Positions 47,740 to 57,102 are shown, counted from the first letter of the stretch. The stretch: DNA of 64,000 bases from Candidatus Dormiibacterota bacterium (GCA_035936995.1 DASYVR010000002.1:5311-69310), one strand, 5' to 3'. The notes: generated by a model not told the origin, from the sequence alone. Made by a program: numbers and translations.

Positions 47740-48507
47740 TTATTCACTGACCGGCATATACCGCTTTTCGGCGAGCCCCTGCAGCATGTCGAGCGTCCGC
47801 TGGTCGATGCCGCCCTGCGCGGTTCGCCGGCGCACCGGATCCCACTGCTTCCAGTCGATCGCCGTGCTCGGCCGGCTGCCCCCCACTCGCTCCTCGAGCT
47901 GGCGGTGGAGATCAGCGACGCCGAGTGCCAGTTTCCCTTCGCCGTGAAGTACATCCACATCGTTACCTCGAGGGCCAATCCAAGCGATGGCGTCCAGCCA
48001 TGCCCGCTCAGCTGCCACCGCAGAATTCACTTCGTGCATCCAGCTCCGACCATGCAGATAGTGGTAGCGCTCCTCCTGCAACATCTTCTTGAGCCGGCTG
48101 CGCAGGACCTCGACGTTGCCGTTCACGAGCGACTCAATCATCAGCGAGAAGGCGCTGTCGAGCACCGCGTTGGCGGCGACGAACTGGGTCCAGTCGCTCC
48201 ACGGCTGGTCCAGGTAGGGCACGTTGGCAAGCACGGTCTCATCGCTACCTGCCTCGGGCGCCCCAAGCTCCCGCAGCGATCCGTAGAGCACGCGGCTGTG
48301 CCCGATGTCGTCGAGCCCCATCGCAGCGGCGGCGATGTCGGCCTCCAGGCTCGGCGCGGCGGTGCACCATTCCGCGTACCGCATCCCCAGCAGCTGCTTG
48401 TTGTCGGCGAGGCTCTTAACGAGCGAGTAGAGACTCAGCCCTCGGCCTCTCCCGGGCCCCAGAGGCGGATGACGGCGTCCCGAGGCACGATCATCATCTC
48501 GACCCAC
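47740..48507 (-). CDS. PaaC-like ferritin-fold oxygenase subunit
   Basis: LLGMRYAEWCTAAPSLEADIA aligns with the PaaC N-terminal region; the true start is unclear (no ATG/GTG/TTG near the expected position ~48440), and the ORF's 5' end overlaps paaB out of frame. Confidence 0.6.
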   Translation of the reverse strand: MGRDDDRASGRRHPPLGPGRGRGLSLYSLVKSLADNKQLLGMRYAEWCTAAPSLEADIAAAAMGLDDIGHSRVLYGSLRELGAPEAGSDETVLANVPYLDQPWSDWTQFVAANAVLDSAFSLMIESLVNGNVEVLRSRLKKMLQEERYHYLHGRSWMHEVNSAVAAERAWLDAIAWIGPRGNDVDVLHGEGKLALGVADLHRQLEERVGGSRPSTAIDWKQWDPVRRRTAQGGIDQRTLDMLQGLAEKRYMPVSE

Positions 48508-48659
48508 CGTTCCTCGTCGTAGGTGGCTCGGGCATACGCCATCGCCAGGTCGTCGTCGGGCGCCACCACACTGCCGACCTGCCGCAGCGGTTCGACCCTG
48601 GCCTTGCGCGCGAAGACCTCGTACTCCCGAACCTGCGCGTGAACGCGGCTGTAGGACAT
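48435..48659 (-). CDS. PaaB-like oxygenase small subunit
   Basis: YEVFARKARVEPLRQVGSVVAPDDDLAMAYARATYDEE resembles PaaB; ATG overlaps the upstream stop as TGATG. Confidence 0.65.
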   Translation of the reverse strand: MSYSRVHAQVREYEVFARKARVEPLRQVGSVVAPDDDLAMAYARATYDEERWVEMMIVPRDAVIRLWGPGEAEG

Positions 48660-48982
48660 CAGACCGCGAGTCCCCAGGCCCGCAGGGTGTCCCGGCCCTC
48701 GGGCGTCAGGCGCGCCGACGACCAGGGCGGATCCCACACGATCTCGAACCGGACGTCGCTCACACCCGCTTCCGCGAGCAGCCGCTCGCGGATGTCCGAG
48801 ACGATCATCTCGGTGGCGGGGCAGCCCATCGCCGTAAACGTCAGTCGCAGGCGCACCGTCCCCTCCCCCACTTCGACGCCGTAGATGAGGCCGAGGTCCA
48901 CCAGGTTGACCGGCATCTCCGGATCATCGATCTCGGCCAGCGCCGACCAGACGCGCGCCTCCAGGGACGCGGGCGGCGTCAT
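48659..48982 (-). CDS. DUF59 (PaaD/MIP18-like) protein lacking the C-terminal zinc ribbon
   Basis: PVNLVDLGLIYGVEV...RLRLTFTAMGCPA...VRFEIVWDPPWS DUF59 pattern; ATGA overlap with paaA. Confidence 0.7.
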   Translation of the reverse strand: MTPPASLEARVWSALAEIDDPEMPVNLVDLGLIYGVEVGEGTVRLRLTFTAMGCPATEMIVSDIRERLLAEAGVSDVRFEIVWDPPWSSARLTPEGRDTLRAWGLAV

Positions 48983-49905
48983 ATTCGGACCTTGAACTGG
49001 TTGAAGCTCTCCTGGAAGAGCGCGACCATCTCGGCATTGCGCGGACCTCGAGCCCGCCAGCGCAACATCACGGCATCCCAGGAACACGGATCGTTGTAAT
49101 CCCAGCGCTTCTGCTCCGGGTCGAAGGTGCAGGGGAACGGATAGTCGAGCAGGTAGTGGCTGTTCTCCTGATGCGCCGGCACCCGAATGCCGATCGATTC
49201 CATGAAGGGGACGACGGTGGAGAGCCACTGCTGCCGGAGCTGGTCGTTGGTCAAACCCTTAAGCCGGTACTCGAGCTGGGTGCTGTGCTGCTTGAGCTCG
49301 TCCGGTAAGCCAAACCATTCAACCGTCAGTGGAAACATCCAGTCGACCGCCCGCTGCAGCTCCTCTTTGGCGGCGCCACTCGCCTGGCTGATCCGCTTCG
49401 ACCAGTTACGGCCGTTGCGCAGATGGAAGTTCTCCTCGGCCATGACTTTGACGAGACCGCGCTTCCAGGGTCCGTAAGAGCATTGCTCGTGGATGTCGCC
49501 AAGCAGGCAGAAGCCGGCCTGGTCATACATGGCGTTCGCCACCACCAGCTCGGTCCAGCTTTCGAGCGGCACGTCGAACGCGTAGGGATATCGAAACGCC
49601 TTGGGATCGCGCCGGAAGATCAGCGCCTCCTGGCTTTCGCCCAGCTCCTCGAGAATGTGGTACGCGATATGGGCGTGGGCCAGCTCGTCCTGGATGATCG
49701 CGATGCCCGTCATGAAGGCGTTGACGCTGGGCGCCTTGCGGGCCGCCAGGTAGTACGCGGGAGCCGAGATCAGCTCCGTATCGCCGGAGACGATCAGGGT
49801 GTGCTTGAGCTCACGCAGGTAATCCGGCGTCATCTCCGAGACGGACTCGATCAGCTCGCCGCGTTTGAGTAGACCGTCGAAGGCCGCTGAGTTCTCTGGC
49901 TCCAT
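48979..49905 (-). CDS. PaaA-like di-iron oxygenase catalytic subunit
   Basis: Ferritin-like di-iron ligand pattern (DELAHAHIAYHILEELG; EENFHLRNG); start trimmed to MEPENSAAF (ATG 49905). Confidence 0.7.
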   Translation of the reverse strand: MEPENSAAFDGLLKRGELIESVSEMTPDYLRELKHTLIVSGDTELISAPAYYLAARKAPSVNAFMTGIAIIQDELAHAHIAYHILEELGESQEALIFRRDPKAFRYPYAFDVPLESWTELVVANAMYDQAGFCLLGDIHEQCSYGPWKRGLVKVMAEENFHLRNGRNWSKRISQASGAAKEELQRAVDWMFPLTVEWFGLPDELKQHSTQLEYRLKGLTNDQLRQQWLSTVVPFMESIGIRVPAHQENSHYLLDYPFPCTFDPEQKRWDYNDPCSWDAVMLRWRARGPRNAEMVALFQESFNQFKVRI

Positions 49906-50425
49906 CCGCGTTGATTCTAAGATGACGTCCTTGACGGGCACCCGGCGCTGGCTGGTCATTGGCATCGGCGCAGGCGCGTGCCTGGTGATCGGCATGCTGG
50001 CCGCGGGGTCGCTTCGCCAGCTCGGCCAGGCGGTCACGACCCCACCGGAACCCTGCTCGCCACACCCCTGCGCCGCCCCCCACGCGTTCGAGGTCGTGAT
50101 CTCCGACATCACCGCCACGAACGGCATCGTCATGCTCCATGTGACCTTCCACAACAGAAGCAAAGCCGACCCCTTCGAGGCTGTGTCGTACGACCACACG
50201 AGCCCGGCGGATTTCCAACTGCGCTCGGCAGCCGGCCAGCAGCGGCCGCCGGCCTTCTCTGGTCAATGCCCCGACTGGGGCGAGCTGCGCATCGAACACA
50301 GCGCCAGCGCCGGTCCCAAGCCGCTCTGCTTCGCGGCAGCGCACGACGGCCTCAAGGGCGCGCTACTGGTCTGGTCACCTGACCTCGGCTTGCTCTTCGA
50401 CGACGTCCGGATCCCGCTGAACTAG
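49865..50425 (+). CDS. Hypothetical membrane-anchored protein
   Basis: TM helix WLVIGIGAGACLVIGMLAAG followed by a Cys-containing soluble domain; start probably MTSL at ~49922. Confidence 0.4.
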   Translation: MSRPSKAAEFSGSIRVDSKMTSLTGTRRWLVIGIGAGACLVIGMLAAGSLRQLGQAVTTPPEPCSPHPCAAPHAFEVVISDITATNGIVMLHVTFHNRSKADPFEAVSYDHTSPADFQLRSAAGQQRPPAFSGQCPDWGELRIEHSASAGPKPLCFAAAHDGLKGALLVWSPDLGLLFDDVRIPLN

Positions 50426-50449
50426 CGCCGAGCATCCGATGCATGGGGC

Positions 50450-50930
50450 TGGAAATAAGAATACGACCCGCCGTTACGGTTTACAACTCACCGGTGTTAC
50501 CCAGCGAGCCTTCATCCCGCTGCCCAGTCCAGCCCTTGCGGGTCAGACCTTCGTCACCGACAGAACCGGTCGCCTTGCGGCAACCGACTCCCCAGCCCTT
50601 TCGGGCCGGGCCCCCAGGCCTCACGGTCTGAGAGTGGGGGCCTTGCGGCTCCCTCGCCGGTAACCCGCTAGAGTCGTTTCCTTCTCTAACTGGCTTTCTG
50701 ACAGGTCGCAAGGGGTACGATAGCCCTCGGCCGGCCAACCCGCAACCCGGAACGTTTGTTTCCGAACACCCGCTCGTTTTCCTTCATCCCGTCGCGACGC
50801 TTGGGGTGTCAAGTCGTAACGGGACCTGTAACGAGCCGTGTCTCGATTTGAAGCTGAGGACCATTACCGTTTGCGTTATCTGCAGTAGGGAGTAGGCCTT
50901 TCGGCCGGCTAACCCCGAGGTAACAAACGG
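50450..50930. ncRNA. Candidate structured noncoding element, copy B (longer paralog of 44388..44650)
   Basis: 480 nt with no plausible ORF; conserved boxes and the compensated hairpin shared with copy A; contains a ~70 nt insertion that duplicates the ccttgcgg box. Confidence 0.35.
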
Positions 50931-51521
50931 ATGACACCCACCGTGGCAGATCAACGCGCCCATCGCGGGCCACATCGGCCGGATCGCCGCTGGGCCAGGC
51001 GTGGTCAGGGGATTACCGAATTCGCCCTCTGCGCCCCACTCGCGCTGATGATGCTGCTCGGCATCGTCGAGGGCGGCTTTTTGATGTTCGGTGTCGGCAC
51101 CGCTGCCTATGCCACCGGCGAGGGCGCGCGCGTCGGCTCCGAGGCGGGTAACTCGGCGAACGCGGATTCGCAGGTGATCGATGTGATCGTCGGCACGGGT
51201 CTCGGACAGAACGGCATCGTCCAGGTGACCGAGGTCGACATCTACCGCCTGATCGAGGATCCCAACACCGGAAACCTGACTGTCGATACCAGCGGCTGTG
51301 GCGGCCAGGGCTGCATCAACAAGTACGACCTATTCGGCACCCCGCTGGTGACCCCCGAACCATGGGTCGCCACCACGCGTGATGTGACCAACGGATCGAG
51401 CGACTTCATCGGCGTGACCATCAAATATCAGTACCGGTGGAAGTCCGGGACGCTGATCGCGACCGGCCCGCTGAACCTGTCGGCGAAGTACTACGTGCGG
51501 CTGGAGCCGCAGACCTACTGA
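50931..51521 (+). CDS. TadE-like pilus assembly/pseudopilin protein
   Basis: N-terminal GQGITEFALCAPLALMMLLGIVEGG Tad/Flp-type hydrophobic segment. Confidence 0.6.
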   Translation: MTPTVADQRAHRGPHRPDRRWARRGQGITEFALCAPLALMMLLGIVEGGFLMFGVGTAAYATGEGARVGSEAGNSANADSQVIDVIVGTGLGQNGIVQVTEVDIYRLIEDPNTGNLTVDTSGCGGQGCINKYDLFGTPLVTPEPWVATTRDVTNGSSDFIGVTIKYQYRWKSGTLIATGPLNLSAKYYVRLEPQTY

Positions 51522-51522
51522 G

Positions 51523-52071
51523 ATGCCAAGCACGCTCGTCACCACGCCGGCGGCGCCGCGCAAGAAGCGGGGCCAGTCGCTCGTGGAGCTGGCGATCACC
51601 ATTCCGATCATGGCGGTGCTCTTGCTCGGCGGGTTCGACTGCACGATGCTGGTCTGGGACAAATTGGTCGCCGGCTACGCCGTCCGCCAGGGGACGCGGC
51701 TCGCGTCTGAACTCGGGGGACGGCAGACGAACCCGACCGCGACCCAGGCCGACATCGATAAGAAAATCGTCCGCAACGTCCTGGCGGTGACCAAGACCTG
51801 GGGCTACGGCACCCTGCTGGAGCTCGACATCTACGGAGCCACCCGCACTGACGGCGTGATGCAGGGCACCGACTACCAGGACCAGTTCGACGGCAGCGGA
51901 AACCCGCTGGCTGTGCAGACGTTGACGCTCGAGCGCCGCTACCAGACCCCACCGGACGAGACCGCGATCGGCGTCCGCCTGCTCTGGCGATTCACGGTGC
52001 CAGCGGGGAGCTTCGGCAATATGAATTTCACGGAGTACGCGGTCATGAAGGTGGCGCCGGTCCTGAACTGA
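51523..52071 (+). CDS. TadE-like pilus assembly/pseudopilin protein
   Basis: KKRGQSLVELAITIPIMAVLLLGGFD N-terminal segment. Confidence 0.6.
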   Translation: MPSTLVTTPAAPRKKRGQSLVELAITIPIMAVLLLGGFDCTMLVWDKLVAGYAVRQGTRLASELGGRQTNPTATQADIDKKIVRNVLAVTKTWGYGTLLELDIYGATRTDGVMQGTDYQDQFDGSGNPLAVQTLTLERRYQTPPDETAIGVRLLWRFTVPAGSFGNMNFTEYAVMKVAPVLN

Positions 52072-53924
52072 TGGGCATCATGATCCGGCGGCCAAAAGCG
52101 CAGCGCGGGCAGGCCATCGTCCTGATGGCGCTGATGCTCATGTTCGTGCTCGCAGGCGGTGTCGGGCTGGGCGTGGACGCGCTGATCGGCTACGTCAACA
52201 GCCTGGGGGCCGAGCGCGCCGCGGCGGCGGCCGCCCTGGCGGGCGTCGTCTACATGCCGAACCAGTTCAATTCTCCGCCCGCGCAGAACGCCAGGGATAA
52301 GGCGATCGCCATTGCCAAGCAGAACGGCTTCGATCCCGCCGACCTCGCGAATGGGGTAATCGTCGATCCAGAACCCGTCCCGATCGTCGGTAGCAATCCG
52401 CCCGCCAACTACCAGAACAAGCTGCAGGTGACGGTCTCGAAGCGAGTGCAGGTGTATTTCATGCAGCTGCTCGGCTTCAACACCTACCAGGTCTCGCGGA
52501 CCGCGATCGCCACCTACCTGCCGCCGATCACGCTCGGCCAGCCCGGCGGGCAGATCGGGTCGACCACCTCCCAGCTTGGGACCGCCAACAACTTTTACTT
52601 CATGCGAACCGAGGGCTGGAACGTCGACCGCCAGCAGGGAGACGCGTTCACGCCTAACCCGGCCTACGAGTTCAACGGCCCGCTCAACCCGCCGTCGACC
52701 GACGTCCACCAGATCAGTACGTCCACCGGCAACGAGCCCGCCGACGCCACCCTCCCGACGCGCGGTGGCTACAACTACCTGATCACGATCCCGCCGTCGG
52801 GTGGGTACATCCAGGTCTACAACGCCGCTTTTGCCCCCGATGGGGGTCCAAACGGGTCGTCCGGTCCGCACAACAACTGCGACAACTTCAAAGCCCCGAT
52901 GCCGTGCTCGAGTGGCGGCAGCTACTACCTGCACGAGCAGGACAGCATCACCGACTTCACCAACAAGCAGCTCTTCTCGGCCAACCGCTACACGCTGTTC
53001 CAGGTCGTGAACCACTTCATCCGGGCGAATGACGTCAAGCTGACCCAGACCACGGTCTATCCGATCGACGCGACGAACTGGAACGCCAACCCGCCGACCT
53101 ACAAGAACGTGAACACCGGCGCCACCATCACGCAGACGTATGACGTGTCGGGCAACCCAACAAACATGTCGATCTACCACAACTGGATCGACGTCCCGAC
53201 CTACTTAGGGACCAATGACAGTGGCCTGCTCACCCTCAATCAGTACGGCAACCCCGGCTCCTATCTGACCGGTGGCATGCTGGTGGGCGGCACCTACCGG
53301 CTCCGGGTCGACAACCTCGAGCACGACGGCGACATCAGTGGCTCCGGCAGCCAGAACGCCTCCCACAAGGCCTACGCCGTCCGCGTGCTTGACTCGACGA
53401 AGAACCTATGCACCACCACCTGCTCGATCGGGTCCTGGAACGATATGGCCTGGTACACCCCCATCGCAACCGCGACCTTCAAGATGCCGCTGTTCCAGCT
53501 CCCGCCTTATTACGCGGGCAAGACCGTGACCGTCGACATCTGGGACCCGGGCGACATCTCGGGAGCCGGCAACGTCTACATCGATATCATCGATCCGGTC
53601 ACGAACGCGATCGCAACCTCACCGACCGGGGTCAAGATCTACGACCTCGGGGTGCAGCGAAGCAATGCGGGGACGCTGGTCAGCGCGCCCGGAAACATGC
53701 AGGCGACCTTCCTTGCTACCAGCAACAACACCGTCTACTTCAACGGCCACTGGGTCCACGTCGAGCTCCCCGTGCCCTCGAATTGGAACCCGGGCCTCAA
53801 CCCGGCGAACTGGTGGTGGTCGCTGCAATACCGGACTAACCTCACCCCTCCCTCGGTGGCGATCGACACGGTGACCGTGGCCGTCGGCTTGAAGGGCAAC
53901 CCGGCGCACCTGCTCCAGGGCTGA
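52071..53924 (+). CDS. TadG-like large Flp-pilus assembly protein
   Basis: QRGQAIVLMALMLMFVLAGGVGLGVDA Tad-domain N-terminus, 617 aa T/N/G-rich extracellular region. Confidence 0.55.
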   Translation: MGIMIRRPKAQRGQAIVLMALMLMFVLAGGVGLGVDALIGYVNSLGAERAAAAAALAGVVYMPNQFNSPPAQNARDKAIAIAKQNGFDPADLANGVIVDPEPVPIVGSNPPANYQNKLQVTVSKRVQVYFMQLLGFNTYQVSRTAIATYLPPITLGQPGGQIGSTTSQLGTANNFYFMRTEGWNVDRQQGDAFTPNPAYEFNGPLNPPSTDVHQISTSTGNEPADATLPTRGGYNYLITIPPSGGYIQVYNAAFAPDGGPNGSSGPHNNCDNFKAPMPCSSGGSYYLHEQDSITDFTNKQLFSANRYTLFQVVNHFIRANDVKLTQTTVYPIDATNWNANPPTYKNVNTGATITQTYDVSGNPTNMSIYHNWIDVPTYLGTNDSGLLTLNQYGNPGSYLTGGMLVGGTYRLRVDNLEHDGDISGSGSQNASHKAYAVRVLDSTKNLCTTTCSIGSWNDMAWYTPIATATFKMPLFQLPPYYAGKTVTVDIWDPGDISGAGNVYIDIIDPVTNAIATSPTGVKIYDLGVQRSNAGTLVSAPGNMQATFLATSNNTVYFNGHWVHVELPVPSNWNPGLNPANWWWSLQYRTNLTPPSVAIDTVTVAVGLKGNPAHLLQG

Positions 53925-53939
53925 TGAAGCACCAGTTCG

Positions 53940-54506
53940 TCAGTGGCCGGCGAGCAAGCGCTCCGCCAGCAGGACGACGCCCAACGCGGCCAGCACGACG
54001 CCCGCCAGTTGCTCCGCCCGCTCGCGGGCGACGTCGCCGATCCTGGATCCCAGCCGGAGCCCCGCCTGCGTGATGACCAACGTCTGGACGCCAATTAAGA
54101 CGATCACCAGCACGACCGGAAACCGCAGTAGTCCCAGCGTGAACCCGATCGCCAGCTCGTCCAGGCTGATGCTGATCCCGAGCCCGATGGCGGCGACCCC
54201 GCGGGTCCGAGCCAGCAACCCCCCGCGCTCTGCTTCGTCGCCATCAGGGCGCCGCGGCCAGAGCATGTACAAGCCGAGGCCGATCAGGATGATGATCGCA
54301 AGGTAGTCGGCGGCGGTTCCCGCAACGTTCCCGGCGACGGCCCCCAGCAGGAAGCCGACGACCGGCATCCCCATTTCGAAGGCCGTGAACAGCACCGTAA
54401 CCCGGATCCGGTCCCGCCGGGTCAACCCGGTGATGCCGAGCGCCGCTGCGACGGCAAACGTGTCGAGCCCGAGCGGCACGATCAAGGCGATCAGCTTGAG
54501 CCACAT
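53940..54506 (-). CDS. mntP: Manganese efflux pump MntP
   Basis: MntP/DUF204 two-repeat membrane topology with conserved D/E positions (SLDELAIGF). Confidence 0.75.
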   Translation of the reverse strand: MWLKLIALIVPLGLDTFAVAAALGITGLTRRDRIRVTVLFTAFEMGMPVVGFLLGAVAGNVAGTAADYLAIIILIGLGLYMLWPRRPDGDEAERGGLLARTRGVAAIGLGISISLDELAIGFTLGLLRFPVVLVIVLIGVQTLVITQAGLRLGSRIGDVARERAEQLAGVVLAALGVVLLAERLLAGH

Positions 54507-54530
54507 CGCGCATCATTAGACGCCAGAGCC

Positions 54531-55841
54531 ATGAAGGCGATCGACGTGATCCGAGAGAAACGCGATGGCCAGGCGCATTCCGACGAGGCGATCCGGTTCC
54601 TGGTCCATGGCGCAACGGACGGATCCGTGCCGGACTATCAGCTCGCCGCCTGGCTGATGGCGGTTCGGCTGAACGGCATGACGGATCACGAAACGAAGAC
54701 ACTCACCCTGGCCATGGCGGCCAGCGGACGCCAGCTCGATCTCTCGTCGATCCCGGGCCGGAAAGTCGATAAGCACTCCACTGGCGGCGTCGGCGATAAA
54801 GCCACTCTCGTGGTGGCCCCGTTGGTCGCATCCGCGGGCATTCCGGTGGCCAAGCTGTCGGGACGTTCCCTGGGCCACAGTGGCGGCACGCTCGACAAGC
54901 TGGAGTCGATCGCGGGCTTTAACGTGAATCTTTCGATCGACCGGTTCATCGATCAAGTCCGGCGCATCGGCATCGCCATCGCTGGCCAGACGTCCGACAT
55001 GGTGCCGGCAGACAAAGTCTTTTACGCGTTGCGCGACGCGACGGCAACCGTCGATTCGGTGCCGCTGATCGCCAGCAGTGTGATGAGCAAGAAGCTCGCC
55101 GCCGGCGCCGACGCCATCCTGCTCGACGTCAAGTGCGGCCGGGGTGCCTTCGTGGCGACGCTCGCCGGAGCCGAGGCGCTGGCTCGAGCCCTGGTGGCGA
55201 TCGGGCAAAACGCGGGACGCGAGACGGTGGCCTACATCACCGACATGGAGCAGCCGCTCGGCCGCGCCGTCGGCAACGCACTCGAAGTCCGCGAAGCCAT
55301 CGACACCCTCGCCGGCCATGGCCCGGCTGATCTGACGGAACTAAGCCTGCGATTCGGCGACGAGATGCTACGGCTGGCCGGGGCCAGGCCGGTCGACCTC
55401 CGGGCAAAGCTTCACGACGGCAGCGCTTTACGCAAGTTCGCGCAACTGGTCGAGGCGCAATCCGGCGATCCCCGGGTGGTCGACGACCCATCGCGGCTGC
55501 CGGCTGCTCCCGTTCAATTGCCTGTCCATGCTGGGGCCAGTGGCTCCGTCGCCGCCATCGATGCCCTCGAGATCGCCCTGGTAGGCAAATCGCTGGGGGC
55601 CGGCCGCGACCGGAAGGACGCAGCGATTGATCTCGCCGTGGGCATCGTGCTGCATAAGAAAGTCGGTGATGCGGTCCAGCAGGGCGAGCCAATAGCGACC
55701 GTGCATGCCCGAGCCGACCACGCGGCCCTGCAGGTTGCGCCCCGCGTTGCGGCGGCGTTCCGCGTCACCGGGTCCGCCAGGCCTCGACCGCTTCTGTTGC
55801 GACGCGTTACCAGTTCGGGCATCGAGCGGCTGGCCACGTAA
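54531..55841 (+). CDS. pdp: Pyrimidine-nucleoside (thymidine) phosphorylase
   Basis: KHSTGGVGDK and glycosyltransferase family 3 motifs, 436 aa. Confidence 0.9.
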   Translation: MKAIDVIREKRDGQAHSDEAIRFLVHGATDGSVPDYQLAAWLMAVRLNGMTDHETKTLTLAMAASGRQLDLSSIPGRKVDKHSTGGVGDKATLVVAPLVASAGIPVAKLSGRSLGHSGGTLDKLESIAGFNVNLSIDRFIDQVRRIGIAIAGQTSDMVPADKVFYALRDATATVDSVPLIASSVMSKKLAAGADAILLDVKCGRGAFVATLAGAEALARALVAIGQNAGRETVAYITDMEQPLGRAVGNALEVREAIDTLAGHGPADLTELSLRFGDEMLRLAGARPVDLRAKLHDGSALRKFAQLVEAQSGDPRVVDDPSRLPAAPVQLPVHAGASGSVAAIDALEIALVGKSLGAGRDRKDAAIDLAVGIVLHKKVGDAVQQGEPIATVHARADHAALQVAPRVAAAFRVTGSARPRPLLLRRVTSSGIERLAT

Positions 55842-55876
55842 CGCTTCGCGCAATCCGAGCAGTCGATGCTGGTCTC

Positions 55877-56332
55877 ATGCGAAGCACGAAATCAGGCCAG
55901 TCGACGCTGCTGGTGGCTGCGGCCATCTCGCTCGTGTTCGCCATCGGCGTGGCGGGGCTGCAGGCGGTTGGCTTCGGTCTTCGCTCGTTGCAGCTGCACG
56001 AGGCCGCCGTGGCAGGAGCTCGCACCATGGCGCACGGGCTGCCCGTTGGGGATCCGGGTGCCGTCCCCTGCTGGGAGGCGAGCGACGGCCTGCTGCGCCC
56101 CGCCGCCTACTCTGAAACCGAGGTCTGCCGCGCCGTCGTCTCCAACATGGGCGGTCTTGATCCCCGCCAGGCATCGGTCCGGGTCAGGCAGGCCGGCATG
56201 GATCTGGCTGGTAACCCAACACGATTCACGGTGACCATCAGCTACCACGAGCCCGTCGGCTCACCGCTGCTGCGCGTGTTCGTTGGCGAGAGCTTCGTAT
56301 CGACCAGCGACGCCACGTATTCGATCTACTAA
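55877..56332 (+). CDS. TadE-like protein
   Basis: QSTLLVAAAISLVFAIGVAG N-terminal segment. Confidence 0.45.
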   Translation: MRSTKSGQSTLLVAAAISLVFAIGVAGLQAVGFGLRSLQLHEAAVAGARTMAHGLPVGDPGAVPCWEASDGLLRPAAYSETEVCRAVVSNMGGLDPRQASVRVRQAGMDLAGNPTRFTVTISYHEPVGSPLLRVFVGESFVSTSDATYSIY

Positions 56333-56344
56333 ACTCACCTCGCC

Positions 56345-57100
56345 ATGGGGGAGTTGCAGTACCACATCCGCTGCAAGCCGGGCGACGTCGGCGACGTCGT
56401 CCTTCTCCCTGGCGATCCCGGTCGGGTGGAATCGATCGCAAAACTGCTCGAAAGACCTCGGCTGATTGCCCGCAACCGCGAGTACACCACCTACACCGGC
56501 GAGCTCGATGGCCGCGCGGTCTCGGTCTGCTCAACCGGGATTGGCTCACCGTCGACGGCGATCGCCGTCGAGGAGCTGGCCGCCATCGGTGCGACGACGT
56601 TTATTCGTGTGGGCACCACCGGCTCGATCCAAAGCGAGGTTCGTTTCTCAGACCTGGTGATCGCGACGGGGGCCGTGCGCGACGAGGGTACGACCCCCGG
56701 CTACGTGCCAATCAGCTATCCCGCCGTGGCCGACTTTGAACTCGTCTCCGCCATGGTCGCCGCCGCGCGTGGGGCGAACCTCCGCGCCCATGTCGGGATC
56801 GTGCGCAGCCACGATTCGCTCTACACGGATCTGCACGCCGCGATGCAACCCCGGCGCGAGGAGCTGGAGCAGGCGCTGCGAGTCTGGCAACGGTCGCAGG
56901 TGCTCTGCAACGACATGGAGACCTCGGCGATCTTCGTGATCGCTGCGGTGCGGCGCCTGCGCGGGGGATCGGTCCTGACTGTCGTCAACGATCCTGGCGA
57001 AGACGCGATCGACCCGGCGCGGGTCGCGGCGCTCGACCTGACGCCGATGTTCAGGGTGGCCCTGGGCGCCGTCCACCAGCTACCGCCGCTCAAGGCCTGA
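56345..57100 (+). CDS. Nucleoside phosphorylase, PNP/UDP family 1 (Udp/DeoD-like)
   Basis: VLLPGDPGRV and VCSTGIGSPS...FIRVGTTG motifs. Confidence 0.8.
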   Translation: MGELQYHIRCKPGDVGDVVLLPGDPGRVESIAKLLERPRLIARNREYTTYTGELDGRAVSVCSTGIGSPSTAIAVEELAAIGATTFIRVGTTGSIQSEVRFSDLVIATGAVRDEGTTPGYVPISYPAVADFELVSAMVAAARGANLRAHVGIVRSHDSLYTDLHAAMQPRREELEQALRVWQRSQVLCNDMETSAIFVIAAVRRLRGGSVLTVVNDPGEDAIDPARVAALDLTPMFRVALGAVHQLPPLKA

Positions 57101-57102
57101 CC

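Noticed and set aside
50443-50480. tmRNA-like 5' motif GGGGCTGGAAATAAGAATACGAC
   Set aside because: No tRNA-like 3' terminus (GGTTCGAnTCC...CCA) and no tag-peptide reading frame ending in ALAA-stop anywhere in 50430-50930.
50555-50572. RNase P-like ACAGAACCGG motif
   Set aside because: No P4 GGAAAGTCCGG element or other RNase P conserved regions on either strand.
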